Assembly (NCBI GenBank): GCA_965205675.1
Contig: OZ242186.1
Coordinates: 352,001-416,000, forward strand
Reading direction: 5' to 3'
Length of the DNA: 64,000 bases
Source of the DNA: Nitrosopumilus sp.
GTDB taxonomy: Archaea > Thermoproteota > Nitrososphaeria > Nitrososphaerales > Nitrosopumilaceae
Position numbers and translations under genes: made by a program. The notes beneath the pieces are model-generated. The model was not told the origin of the DNA. It saw nothing but the letters and a program-made list of their open reading frames with translations, and did no database searches. Shown piece by piece: positions 9,422-17,807 of this stretch; positions within the stretch are counted from its first letter, which is position 1, and each line of letters begins with the position of its first letter.

Positions 9422-10234
9422 CTAGTAATTTTCTAAGATTCCAGCCTTGTTTCTATGTAAATGGCCGAATTCTTTGTTCGTGGATAAATGGTTTCCATCA
9501 AAAACAGTTCCATCTCTGCAGACAAGATCTTCACCGACACAACAGCTACCACAAATTCCAACTCCACACTTCATCATTCTCTCAAGACTAGCTTGAACAA
9601 AGATATTTCTTGAATGGGCAGACTGGACGGTTTTGTACATCATAATTTCGGGACCACATACATATACGGCATCAAACTGAGTTTTGTTTACTAATTTTTC
9701 AACCATGTCAGTAACAAATCCCTTTTCACCATAGCTCCCATCATCAGTAGAAACAATCACACGATGTGGATTATTTTTCAATAAATCATTTGCCAAATCT
9801 TCAAAGAATACTTCATCCTTTGTTTTTGAACCCATTAGTACAGTTACATCATCGGTAGCTTTTACAGTAGTAAGTAGTCGCATCATAGGAACTAAGCCAG
9901 TTCCACCACCAACTAGCAAAAGTTTTCCCTCTTTTACATCAAAAGAATTTCCATATGGGCCTCTAATCCCAATTTGTCCACCAACTGGAACATTAAACAA
10001 GCCAGTAGAAGAAGGCCCATGTTTTCTAACAGTGAATGCAGCTTTGCCAGATTCTCTTGAAATCATTACACTCATTGGCAATTCATTAACTCCAGGTATC
10101 CAAACCATAGCAAATTGTCCAGGTAAAACATTTGGCATTACATCATCAGAGAAAACTAGAGTTCTAACAGTCGGTGTTTCATCTACCACTCTTTCAATTG
10201 TAACAATTGTTGGATGATTAAGATTTCTTTGCAA
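9422..10234 (-). CDS. pyrK: Dihydroorotate dehydrogenase electron transfer subunit
   Basis: PGQFAM, RGPYGN, GGGTG, CGPEIMM, MKCGVGICGSC; adjacent to pyrD. Confidence 0.93.
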   Translation of the reverse strand: MQRNLNHPTIVTIERVVDETPTVRTLVFSDDVMPNVLPGQFAMVWIPGVNELPMSVMISRESGKAAFTVRKHGPSSTGLFNVPVGGQIGIRGPYGNSFDVKEGKLLLVGGGTGLVPMMRLLTTVKATDDVTVLMGSKTKDEVFFEDLANDLLKNNPHRVIVSTDDGSYGEKGFVTDMVEKLVNKTQFDAVYVCGPEIMMYKTVQSAHSRNIFVQASLERMMKCGVGICGSCCVGEDLVCRDGTVFDGNHLSTNKEFGHLHRNKAGILENY

Positions 10235-11174
10235 GTCCTACCATGTCCTTTATTGTAGAATACCCTTTTCTGTTCATGTAATCTAAGATCCCTTTGTTAA
10301 TATCATCAAAAACCCTAACCCAATTATCACCTATTGCGCTACCAAGTTGAACAGCAGAAGCACCTGCTAAGAAAAATTCAATTGCATCCTCCCATGAAGA
10401 AATTCCGCCACATCCAATGACTGGAATATCGTACTTTGAAGAAATTTCATAAACGCATCTTAGTGCAATAGGTTTGATTGGAGTCCCAGACAACCCTCCA
10501 AATTTATTACTAAGAATGGGTAGCTGAGTTTCCACATCAATTACCATTGCACGAATAGTATTAATGGCAGTAATTGCATCAATTCCACAATCAATTGCAG
10601 TACTAACAGTGTTGAGATAATTACTAGTTCCCAAACCGACCTTGGCAACTACAGGAACATCTGTGGTATTTTTTACAGTAGATATGATGGCTTTAACTAA
10701 TCCCGGATCATCGCCAACTTCTAAACCAACCTTAGCAACATGGGGACAAGATAAATTCAATTCATACGCTTTGATCTTGCAATTTTCAAATTCTTTTATC
10801 ATAGTTTCAAAATCTTCAGGTACAGAACCAACCAAACTAACAATGATTGGAACATCTTGATTTGATTCAATCATTTTAGCAAAATTCACAGCACCAGGAT
10901 TTGATAATCCCACTGCGTTTATCCATCCGCCACCTTTTACACTAAAGATGGTGGGGTTTGGATATCCTTCCCAAGGTGCAGTACTAAGCGATTTTGTAAC
11001 AACAGCACCCGCACCTGATGCATAAAGTCGATTAAACACATCTAATGATATGCCTAAAATTCCAGATGCCAACATTACAGGTTTATCTAATTGAATTTGA
11101 CCTATGGAAGTTGCAATACTGGGTTCCACTTTGATTAATGAGCCTGGGTTTGAATATAACAGTTGATTCTGCAA
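10218..11174 (-). CDS. pyrD: Dihydroorotate dehydrogenase (class 1B)
   Basis: NAVGLSNPG, ELNLSCPH, INT, GGLSG, IGCGGI; real start probably near VEPSI. Confidence 0.95.
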   Translation of the reverse strand: MQNQLLYSNPGSLIKVEPSIATSIGQIQLDKPVMLASGILGISLDVFNRLYASGAGAVVTKSLSTAPWEGYPNPTIFSVKGGGWINAVGLSNPGAVNFAKMIESNQDVPIIVSLVGSVPEDFETMIKEFENCKIKAYELNLSCPHVAKVGLEVGDDPGLVKAIISTVKNTTDVPVVAKVGLGTSNYLNTVSTAIDCGIDAITAINTIRAMVIDVETQLPILSNKFGGLSGTPIKPIALRCVYEISSKYDIPVIGCGGISSWEDAIEFFLAGASAVQLGSAIGDNWVRVFDDINKGILDYMNRKGYSTIKDMVGLAKKS

Positions 11175-11249
11175 AAACTACACTAATTGGTATCAAAAAT
11201 AATAAAAAATAAGAGAGTGGGGATATTTCAACTTAATCCACGAGTGTCT

Positions 11250-11760
11250 ATTAGGCCCCTATTATTTTGTCATATGTTATGAATCTTGAATACTCATTAC
11301 CTCTAGTTGCACATGACACAGTTTGAGCATCATCATCAGATCATCAAAATAAGTTCTGATGCGAAATAATTTGTTCTAAGATGTATTAAATATATTCACG
11401 TTCTAATAGTTTTTCAACAGAAGTAGAACAAGTGAGCACAAATTCTCCCCATAAATTAGTCCATGTTTCATACTTGATTTCATAACTCTCAATAGTCTGA
11501 GGCAAACATTTGCTAGAAATATCTAGCATTAATCCCAAAATCAAATAGCTGATCAGAATCAACTATTTTGAATAATCAATATTGATGGTGTGTCAAATTG
11601 TGTATATGAGAATAGTTTGTCTTGTATTTGTTACATCTCAGATTTTCTCTACTCATCAGACAATTTTTTGGAGAATCACACTTGGGACAGCATATGGAAT
11701 TTGTGCTGTTGAATCCTTTACACAGAAATTCTAATAATGTTGATTTGGCTGAAACAATTT
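11250..11760 (-). pseudogene. Heavily decayed IS1595-like transposase relic
   Basis: Minus-strand pieces EFLCKG..ICCPKCDSPKN..LRCNKYKTNYS (zinc ribbon) and terminal ITYDKIIGA*; many stops; no convincing TIRs. Confidence 0.35.
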
Positions 11761-11888
11761 TGGATAATTCAATAAGATTGATTCTTTTTTCTAATAATTA
11801 GACAGAAATAGTTGGGGTTATAGATTTACAATCACCAGCAAATATACTGAAAAGTTATATTTAAAAGGTGATCTAGAATCAACTAGTC

Positions 11889-13277
11889 ATGTATTCTGTA
11901 GTTTTAACAGAGTTAGGAATCTCAGTTTTTAATGATGGTGAACTAGACAAAGCATTTCCTTTCTCAAATGCAGTAAAAGAATATCTATTAATAAAAAATA
12001 AAAAATCAAAATTAAATGAACTTGTAAATTATTTAACATCAACACAAAGAGGTTTTTCTGTTAGTGATGAATCATTACTTGCAATTTTAAAAAAACATTC
12101 AATTGATTGTCATTTGATGGAAGAAGCAGAATTAGATACAATTCAAGAAAACAAACCACAGATTATTGTGGATTCCGGTTTTGCATCAAATCTACAAGAT
12201 ACACTTGGAAAACTAAGAGAATTTGCTCTAGGGTTATCATCTTCAAAAGTTACCGAGGTATCAGCGAGTCCAGATCTTCATATTATTCAAGCAATTAATT
12301 CCCTAGATGAAATTGACAAGATTGCAAACGGACTAAGTTCAAGATTAAGAGAATGGTATGGATTGCATTTTCCAGAATTAGATAACATAATTGACAGCAT
12401 CAACGGATATGCACAAATAGTAATGGCTGGAAAACGAGAATCCCTAACCAAACAAGTGTTTGAGGAAGCAGGTTTTCCAGAATCAAAAGTAGAAATGTTA
12501 TCATTAATTTCATCAAAAAGTAGAGGAGGAGATATTTCAGATATTAATTTAATAATTGTACAGTCAATTGCTAAACAAGTTTTAGACTTTCATGAGCTAC
12601 GTAAAAAACTTGAAGAACATGTTGAAACAGAAATGCAAGTCATTGCACCAAACCTTTCAGCCATACTTGGTACAGCAGTTGGTGCAAGAATTTTAGGAAG
12701 ATCTGGAAGTCTCAAAAAAATGGCATCACTTCCTGCTAGTACAATACAAGTCCTAGGAGCTGAAAAAGCATTATTTAGATCATTAAAAACTGGGTCCCAA
12801 CCACCAAAACATGGATTGTTATTTCAGCATGCTATGGTGCATGCAGCTCCAAGATGGCAAAGAGGAAAAATTGCTCGTGCTGTAGCTGCAAAAGCAGTAA
12901 TCGCTGCAAGAGTGGATGTTTATGGTGAGGGACTAAACCAAACTTTGCTAGATAAACTTAACATCAGAGTTGATGAAATAGGTAAAAAATATGAAAATCC
13001 TACTGAAAAAGACATTAGACCCCCTCTATCGTTTAGAAGAGACGGTGGAGATAGAAGGAGAGACGGTGGAGATAGAAGGAGAGAAGATAGAGGTAGAAGG
13101 AGAGACGGTGGAGATAGAAGGAGAGACGGTGGAGATAGAAGGAGAGAAGATAGAGGTAGAAGGAGAGACGGTGGAGATAGAAGGAGAGACGGTGGAGATA
13201 GAAGGAGAGAAGATAGAGGTAGAAGGAGAGAAGAAACAAATTCAAATAGAAAGAGAAAAAAGTTTGGAAGACGATAA
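11889..13277 (+). CDS. nop5: Box C/D sRNP core protein Nop5 (Nop56/58)
   Basis: RLREWYGLHFPEL, PASTIQVLGAEKALFR, PPKHG, RGKIAR; upstream of fibrillarin. Confidence 0.96.
   Translation: MYSVVLTELGISVFNDGELDKAFPFSNAVKEYLLIKNKKSKLNELVNYLTSTQRGFSVSDESLLAILKKHSIDCHLMEEAELDTIQENKPQIIVDSGFASNLQDTLGKLREFALGLSSSKVTEVSASPDLHIIQAINSLDEIDKIANGLSSRLREWYGLHFPELDNIIDSINGYAQIVMAGKRESLTKQVFEEAGFPESKVEMLSLISSKSRGGDISDINLIIVQSIAKQVLDFHELRKKLEEHVETEMQVIAPNLSAILGTAVGARILGRSGSLKKMASLPASTIQVLGAEKALFRSLKTGSQPPKHGLLFQHAMVHAAPRWQRGKIARAVAAKAVIAARVDVYGEGLNQTLLDKLNIRVDEIGKKYENPTEKDIRPPLSFRRDGGDRRRDGGDRRREDRGRRRDGGDRRRDGGDRRREDRGRRRDGGDRRRDGGDRRREDRGRRREETNSNRKRKKFGRR
13035..13234 (+). repeat. Higher-order purine-rich tandem repeat (21-bp units, AAB pattern x3) in the nop5 3' end
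   Basis: A=AGAAGGAGAGACGGTGGAGAT, B=AGAAGGAGAGAAGATAGAGGT; encodes RRRDGGD and RRREDRG. Confidence 0.97.
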
Positions 13278-13938
13278 TCAGTCATTTTTTTGGATCAAGT
13301 CAGAAGGACAAGAAAAATTAGCTACAAAAAATATGGTTCCTAGAAATCAGGTGTACAAAGAAAAATTAATCATTAAAAAAAATATAGAATACAGATTATG
13401 GGATCCATTTAGAAGTAAATTAGCAGCGGCAATCATGAATGATCTTAATTGTTTTCCTTTTGAAAATAAAAATAAAATTCTGTATTTAGGAGCATCTACT
13501 GGTACAACCGTCAGTCACATCTCAGATATTGTAGGACATAATGGAATAGTTTTTGCAGTAGAGCATGCAAGTAGAGTTATAAGAGATTTTTTAGATAGAG
13601 TTGCATCATACAGAAAAAACATTGTTCCAATTCTTCAAGACGCAAGAAAACCCAAAGAATATTTCTCAGTATTTGGAAAAGTAGATGTTGTTTATGTAGA
13701 TATTGCACAACCAGATCAAACACAAATTGCAATTGATAACTGTGAAATGTTTCTAAAAAAAAGAGGTTATTTCTTTCTAGTTATCAAAACTAGGAGTATT
13801 GATGTCACAAAGGCACCAAAAAGAATTGTTGATGAAGAAATAGAGAAATTAAAATCAAGATTTGATATTTTGCAGATTATTGATCTTCATCCTTATGACA
13901 AAGACCATGCAATGGTAATTGCAAAATTCAAAGATTAG
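13264..13938 (+). CDS. flpA: Fibrillarin-like rRNA/tRNA 2'-O-methyltransferase
   Basis: EYRLWDPFRSKLAAAI, LYLGASTGTTVSH, DIAQPDQ, LHPYDKDH; TTG at 13264 preferred. Confidence 0.95.
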   Translation: MEDDNQSFFWIKSEGQEKLATKNMVPRNQVYKEKLIIKKNIEYRLWDPFRSKLAAAIMNDLNCFPFENKNKILYLGASTGTTVSHISDIVGHNGIVFAVEHASRVIRDFLDRVASYRKNIVPILQDARKPKEYFSVFGKVDVVYVDIAQPDQTQIAIDNCEMFLKKRGYFFLVIKTRSIDVTKAPKRIVDEEIEKLKSRFDILQIIDLHPYDKDHAMVIAKFKD

Positions 13939-14555
13939 TTATTGTCAATTATTTTCTGAATAGGTTTCCAACTTTTACGCACAAATTTAGGCATTTCATG
14001 ATTTTTTTTATAATATTTTGTTATGAATTTCACAGTTACAGAATCAGAAGGATAACCACTACCCAAATTATGATCTTTTCGTAATTTTGTAATTGCCCTA
14101 TCTCTGGTAACTTTGGCAAGAATAGATGCTGCAGATACTACAACAAATCTACTATCTGCACGATGATATGACTTGATCTTGTGATTATCAGATAATCTGG
14201 ATACTTCTTTTCCAAATCTGCTAGGATTGACATCACATGAATCAACATATGAAATATCAGGATCTAATTTTGCAACAACTTTTGCCATATATTTTGCCTC
14301 TAAACCATTTAGACAATGTTTCTTTACACTAGCATCAATAAATCTAGGAGAAATTTTCGCAATGTAATAATCATCAACAATTGTAATGATTTTTTTATAA
14401 AATTCCTCACGTAATTTTGGACTGAGTTTTTTTGAATCCTTTACACCTAGGGTGTTTAATTTTTTTATATTTTTTTTATCTAATGATATTCCAGCTATTA
14501 CTAAAGGGCCCAACATTGGACCACGTCCAGCATCATCAATGCCACAAACTTGCAT
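13935..14555 (-). CDS. rnhB: Ribonuclease HII
   Basis: GIDDAGRGP, VKDSKKL, VSAASILAKV, GSGYPSD. Confidence 0.95.
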   Translation of the reverse strand: MQVCGIDDAGRGPMLGPLVIAGISLDKKNIKKLNTLGVKDSKKLSPKLREEFYKKIITIVDDYYIAKISPRFIDASVKKHCLNGLEAKYMAKVVAKLDPDISYVDSCDVNPSRFGKEVSRLSDNHKIKSYHRADSRFVVVSAASILAKVTRDRAITKLRKDHNLGSGYPSDSVTVKFITKYYKKNHEMPKFVRKSWKPIQKIIDNN

Positions 14556-14598
14556 TGATTTTGTCCCAAAACACAAGTATTAAACCATTATATGTATA

Positions 14599-15765
14599 GT
14601 GAGAATTGAAACCCAGTTGAAATTTTCAGATGAACCTCTTCGAGAAATAGTTGAGGGTAAAACAAAATTGTTAGTCCCAAAAAAATCCATTACAGACAAA
14701 GTACCTCCAAAGAAACCTGCATTTTTTAATCCAAAGGCAAAACTAACCCGGGATTTTTCAATAATTGCATATACTGCATTTCTTAAGAGATTTGAAGGTC
14801 CAAAAATTTTCTTAGAAGGGCTTTCAGGTATTGGTGCAAGAGGACTACGTGTCGCAAATGAATTAGAAATTGACAAAATTGTGATTAATGATCTAAATCC
14901 ATTTGCACTCAAAATGGCAAAATACTCTGCAAATCTAAATGAAATAAAAAATATTAAATTTTCTGAAAAAGAAGCATGTCAATTTTTTAGCAATTATTCA
15001 AAAAAAGGAAAACGGGGCTCAATTGTAGATATAGACCCATTTGGTTCTCCTGCTGCATTTTTTGACTGTGGAATTAGAGCCACAATGCATGGAGGAATAT
15101 TATCGACTACAGCCACAGATCTCCAAGTCCTAAATGGTCTCTTTCAGAGTGCATGTAAGAGAAAGTATGGGGGAATTCCAGTTAGAACAGAGTATGGTAA
15201 CGAAATTGCAATCAGATTGATTCTAGGTTCACTTAGAGTAGTAGCTGCAAGATTAGGAGTAGAAATTATTCCGGTGTTTGTTGAAAGTGAAATGCATTAT
15301 TATCGAACATATGTCAAAATTAGAAATAGACCAGATCAACAAGAAAATCTAGGATATATTTTACATTGTAAAAATTGTGGTCACAGAATAATCATACTAG
15401 AACAACAACAAGAATGTGAATTATGTAAATCAAAAGCAAGTATAGCAGGACCTTTATGGATAGGAAAAATTTTTGATAAAGAGTTTATTCAAAAAATGAT
15501 TGAAGAAAATTTTAGATTAGAAACAGATAAAATATGTGAGAAAACGTTGTACAAATGTTTAGACGAATCAGAAATGTCCGGGACTTATTTTACAGTAGAT
15601 GAGATTGCATCACTTATGAAATCATCACCACCAAAATTAGAAAAAATAATTACAAGTTTACGAAAAAATAATTTTTCAGCTAGTGCTACAGTTTTTAATC
15701 CTACAGGATTTAAAACCAATGCAAACATTAATGAAATAATTAAAATTTTTCAGACTATCCAGTAA
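14599..15765 (+). CDS. trm1: tRNA (guanine26-N2)-dimethyltransferase
   Basis: FFNP...RD, GIGARGLR, DIDPFGSP, TATD, zinc finger, GPLWIG. Confidence 0.93.
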   Translation: MRIETQLKFSDEPLREIVEGKTKLLVPKKSITDKVPPKKPAFFNPKAKLTRDFSIIAYTAFLKRFEGPKIFLEGLSGIGARGLRVANELEIDKIVINDLNPFALKMAKYSANLNEIKNIKFSEKEACQFFSNYSKKGKRGSIVDIDPFGSPAAFFDCGIRATMHGGILSTTATDLQVLNGLFQSACKRKYGGIPVRTEYGNEIAIRLILGSLRVVAARLGVEIIPVFVESEMHYYRTYVKIRNRPDQQENLGYILHCKNCGHRIIILEQQQECELCKSKASIAGPLWIGKIFDKEFIQKMIEENFRLETDKICEKTLYKCLDESEMSGTYFTVDEIASLMKSSPPKLEKIITSLRKNNFSASATVFNPTGFKTNANINEIIKIFQTIQ

Positions 15766-16348
15766 AACCTAGGCATATAAGATATAATTCACTACTTTGT
15801 TTTCTACTAGCATCAGGTTTTGTTAGATTTATTCTGGCAAATTTTTTCTTGATATAATCTCTAAATTCCATTGAGAATTCACCATCAAAAACTTTGAAAA
15901 CAGCATTTCCTTTATGTGCTAAAACTTTGTCCATAATTTTTGTACACTCATAATTTAATGAGATTTGTTTTGCATGATCAACAGACCAATTTCCACTTAT
16001 TTGAGGAGAAAGATCACAAATTACAGCGTTAACTTTACGTCCAAAATATGATATTACATCATCTACTATGTGTTCATCTTCAATATTTTCTCGAATAATG
16101 TGTGCACCGGGAATTTCTTCAACATAAGATAAATCTATGCCCATCACTTTTCCCTGATTTCCAACTAACTTCATAGCCATTTGAGTCCACCCTCCAGGTG
16201 CACAACCAAGATCTAGTACGTTAAAACCTGGCCCTATCAAACGATATGAACGATTCAATTCTTGTAATTTGAAAGCAGCTCTACTTCGAAAACCTTGCTC
16301 ATGAGCTAATCTACGATAATAATCTTTTCGCGCATCTGCTAATTTCAT
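15755..16348 (-). CDS. rlmE: 23S rRNA 2'-O-methyltransferase RlmE/FtsJ
   Basis: RSRAAFKL, LDLGCAPGGW, CDLSP, KPDASRKQSSE. Confidence 0.95.
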   Translation of the reverse strand: MKLADARKDYYRRLAHEQGFRSRAAFKLQELNRSYRLIGPGFNVLDLGCAPGGWTQMAMKLVGNQGKVMGIDLSYVEEIPGAHIIRENIEDEHIVDDVISYFGRKVNAVICDLSPQISGNWSVDHAKQISLNYECTKIMDKVLAHKGNAVFKVFDGEFSMEFRDYIKKKFARINLTKPDASRKQSSELYLICLGFTG

Positions 16349-17187
16349 TTGGCCTTCACAGGTTTTTTCAATTCGGCAATTACCCAATCTTCAATGAATT
16401 GACAATTTTTCGGACTAATCTCACCTTCAAGAGAACATTTCTGTTCAACAGGACAAACCAAACACGGTGCATTCTCAATTGATTGTGTACTAATCGGCGT
16501 CTTCTTTAAAATTAGCTTGTAAGTCCAACGATTATTTTCAAGAAGCTTTTCTCTAGTGATTGTACCCATTCTTTCAAGTTTTAGTGCTAAACGGGAACCA
16601 ATTTGATTTGTGAGTTTGAGTTTTTTCCACAATTCACCTTGAAACATTCCATCAGATTCTTTTTCGGCTAAAATATCACAAACTTTGTTAGTTAATCTCT
16701 CCATGTCAACTTTTTCAATTTGGAAATTTTCAATTTCTTCATCAGATAACTGTTCTTCTAATTCCTCTTCGAGGGTTAACTCCGCGATTCTTTTTTCTTC
16801 TTCTAATTCTTTTTTTGTTAATTTTTTTGGTTTTACATGTTTTGCCTCAGATTTTTTTGCTGTTTTCTTTACAGGTTTTGCCTCAGATTTTTTTGCTGTT
16901 TTCTTTACAGGTTTTGCCTCAGATTTTTTTGCTGTTTTCTTTACAGGTTTTGCCTCAGATTTTTTTGCTGTTTTCTTTACAGGTTTTGCCTCAGATTTTT
17001 TTGCTGTTTTCTTTACAGGTTTTGCCTCAGATTTTTTTGCTGTTTTCTTTACAGGTTTTGCCTCAGATTTTTTTGCTGTTTTCTTTACAGAAGAATCTAA
17101 AAGTTTCTTTGTCTTTTTTGATTCATTCAAATTAGCCTTGATTTTTTCAACCTCTTCAACTGGTGCATCTTTTTTCTTTGTCATCAA
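16345..17187 (-). CDS. TFE-beta/RPC34-like transcription factor (winged helix plus Fe-S Cys cluster) with Lys-rich repeat N-terminus
   Basis: GMFQGELWKKLKL...SRLALKLERMGTITREK...TYKL, then PCLVCPVEQKC..ISPKNCQFIEDW, the archaeal TFE-beta Cys pattern. Confidence 0.8.
   Translation of the reverse strand: MMTKKKDAPVEEVEKIKANLNESKKTKKLLDSSVKKTAKKSEAKPVKKTAKKSEAKPVKKTAKKSEAKPVKKTAKKSEAKPVKKTAKKSEAKPVKKTAKKSEAKPVKKTAKKSEAKHVKPKKLTKKELEEEKRIAELTLEEELEEQLSDEEIENFQIEKVDMERLTNKVCDILAEKESDGMFQGELWKKLKLTNQIGSRLALKLERMGTITREKLLENNRWTYKLILKKTPISTQSIENAPCLVCPVEQKCSLEGEISPKNCQFIEDWVIAELKKPVKAK
16839..17090 (-). repeat. Perfect 36-bp tandem repeat x7 encoding VKKTAKKSEAKP
   Basis: Seven consecutive units read directly in the DNA and in the ORF translation. 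Confidence 0.98.
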
Positions 17188-17238
17188 ATCATCCTATTTT
17201 TTAAATTTAATATCTTAATTATCAACAAGATTTCATTC

Positions 17239-17703
17239 CTATTTAACAGTAAATGTTCCTTTAGTAGAGATGTTCTTTAGTTGTTTTGAGACTATTTGTA
17301 TGTCTATTTCATAAGAACCAGGAATATTAATAACCTTAGAAAACTGTTCTCCGACAGGAATAATTTTGCTTTCAGATTCATAGCATTGTTCAAAAAATCC
17401 GCCTTGAGTTATGACATTATCTCTACCAGAGGTATATATCGTGATGTAGAGATCTCCACAATTAAATGAAGAATCATTAATTCTAACTTGAATTTCAATA
17501 GGTTCTGCTGTAGTGTATTGTTTAGATAATCCGATTATTTCGATTGGTGAATTGTGAGAAATCTTTTCTCCAGAATGAGACATCGGCCACATATTCAACT
17601 CTCTATCAGGTTGTTGAAGGATATCAAATAATACTACTGAACCAAGTCCTAATGAGAAGATAACAGGTAAAACAAATACAATGAAAATTCGTTTAGTAGC
17701 CAT
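17239..17703 (-). CDS. Hypothetical membrane-anchored protein
   Basis: N-terminal hydrophobic helix followed by a beta-rich domain. Confidence 0.7.
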   Translation of the reverse strand: MATKRIFIVFVLPVIFSLGLGSVVLFDILQQPDRELNMWPMSHSGEKISHNSPIEIIGLSKQYTTAEPIEIQVRINDSSFNCGDLYITIYTSGRDNVITQGGFFEQCYESESKIIPVGEQFSKVINIPGSYEIDIQIVSKQLKNISTKGTFTVK

Positions 17704-17807
17704 TTTGTTTTAAAATCTTTAATTCCCTTATATCTATTTAGCAAAATTATAAAAATTAAGATCATTATGACGAATGAGTTAAATCGTAGTCAACTAAATA
17801 TCGCTAG

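Noticed and set aside
12920-13285. Minus-strand Leu/Ser/Pro and Leu/Phe/Tyr ORFs
   Set aside because: Antisense shadows of the nop5 purine repeat
16839-17090. 36-bp repeats as a CRISPR array (also 44854-44973)
   Set aside because: Units are contiguous with no unique spacers, lie in frame within genes, and no cas genes are present
16685-17218. Plus-strand ORFs (FFAVFFTGFASD, FLLFSLQVLPQI and CCFLYRFCLRFF repeats)
   Set aside because: Antisense shadows of the stop-free 36-bp repeat in the minus-strand gene
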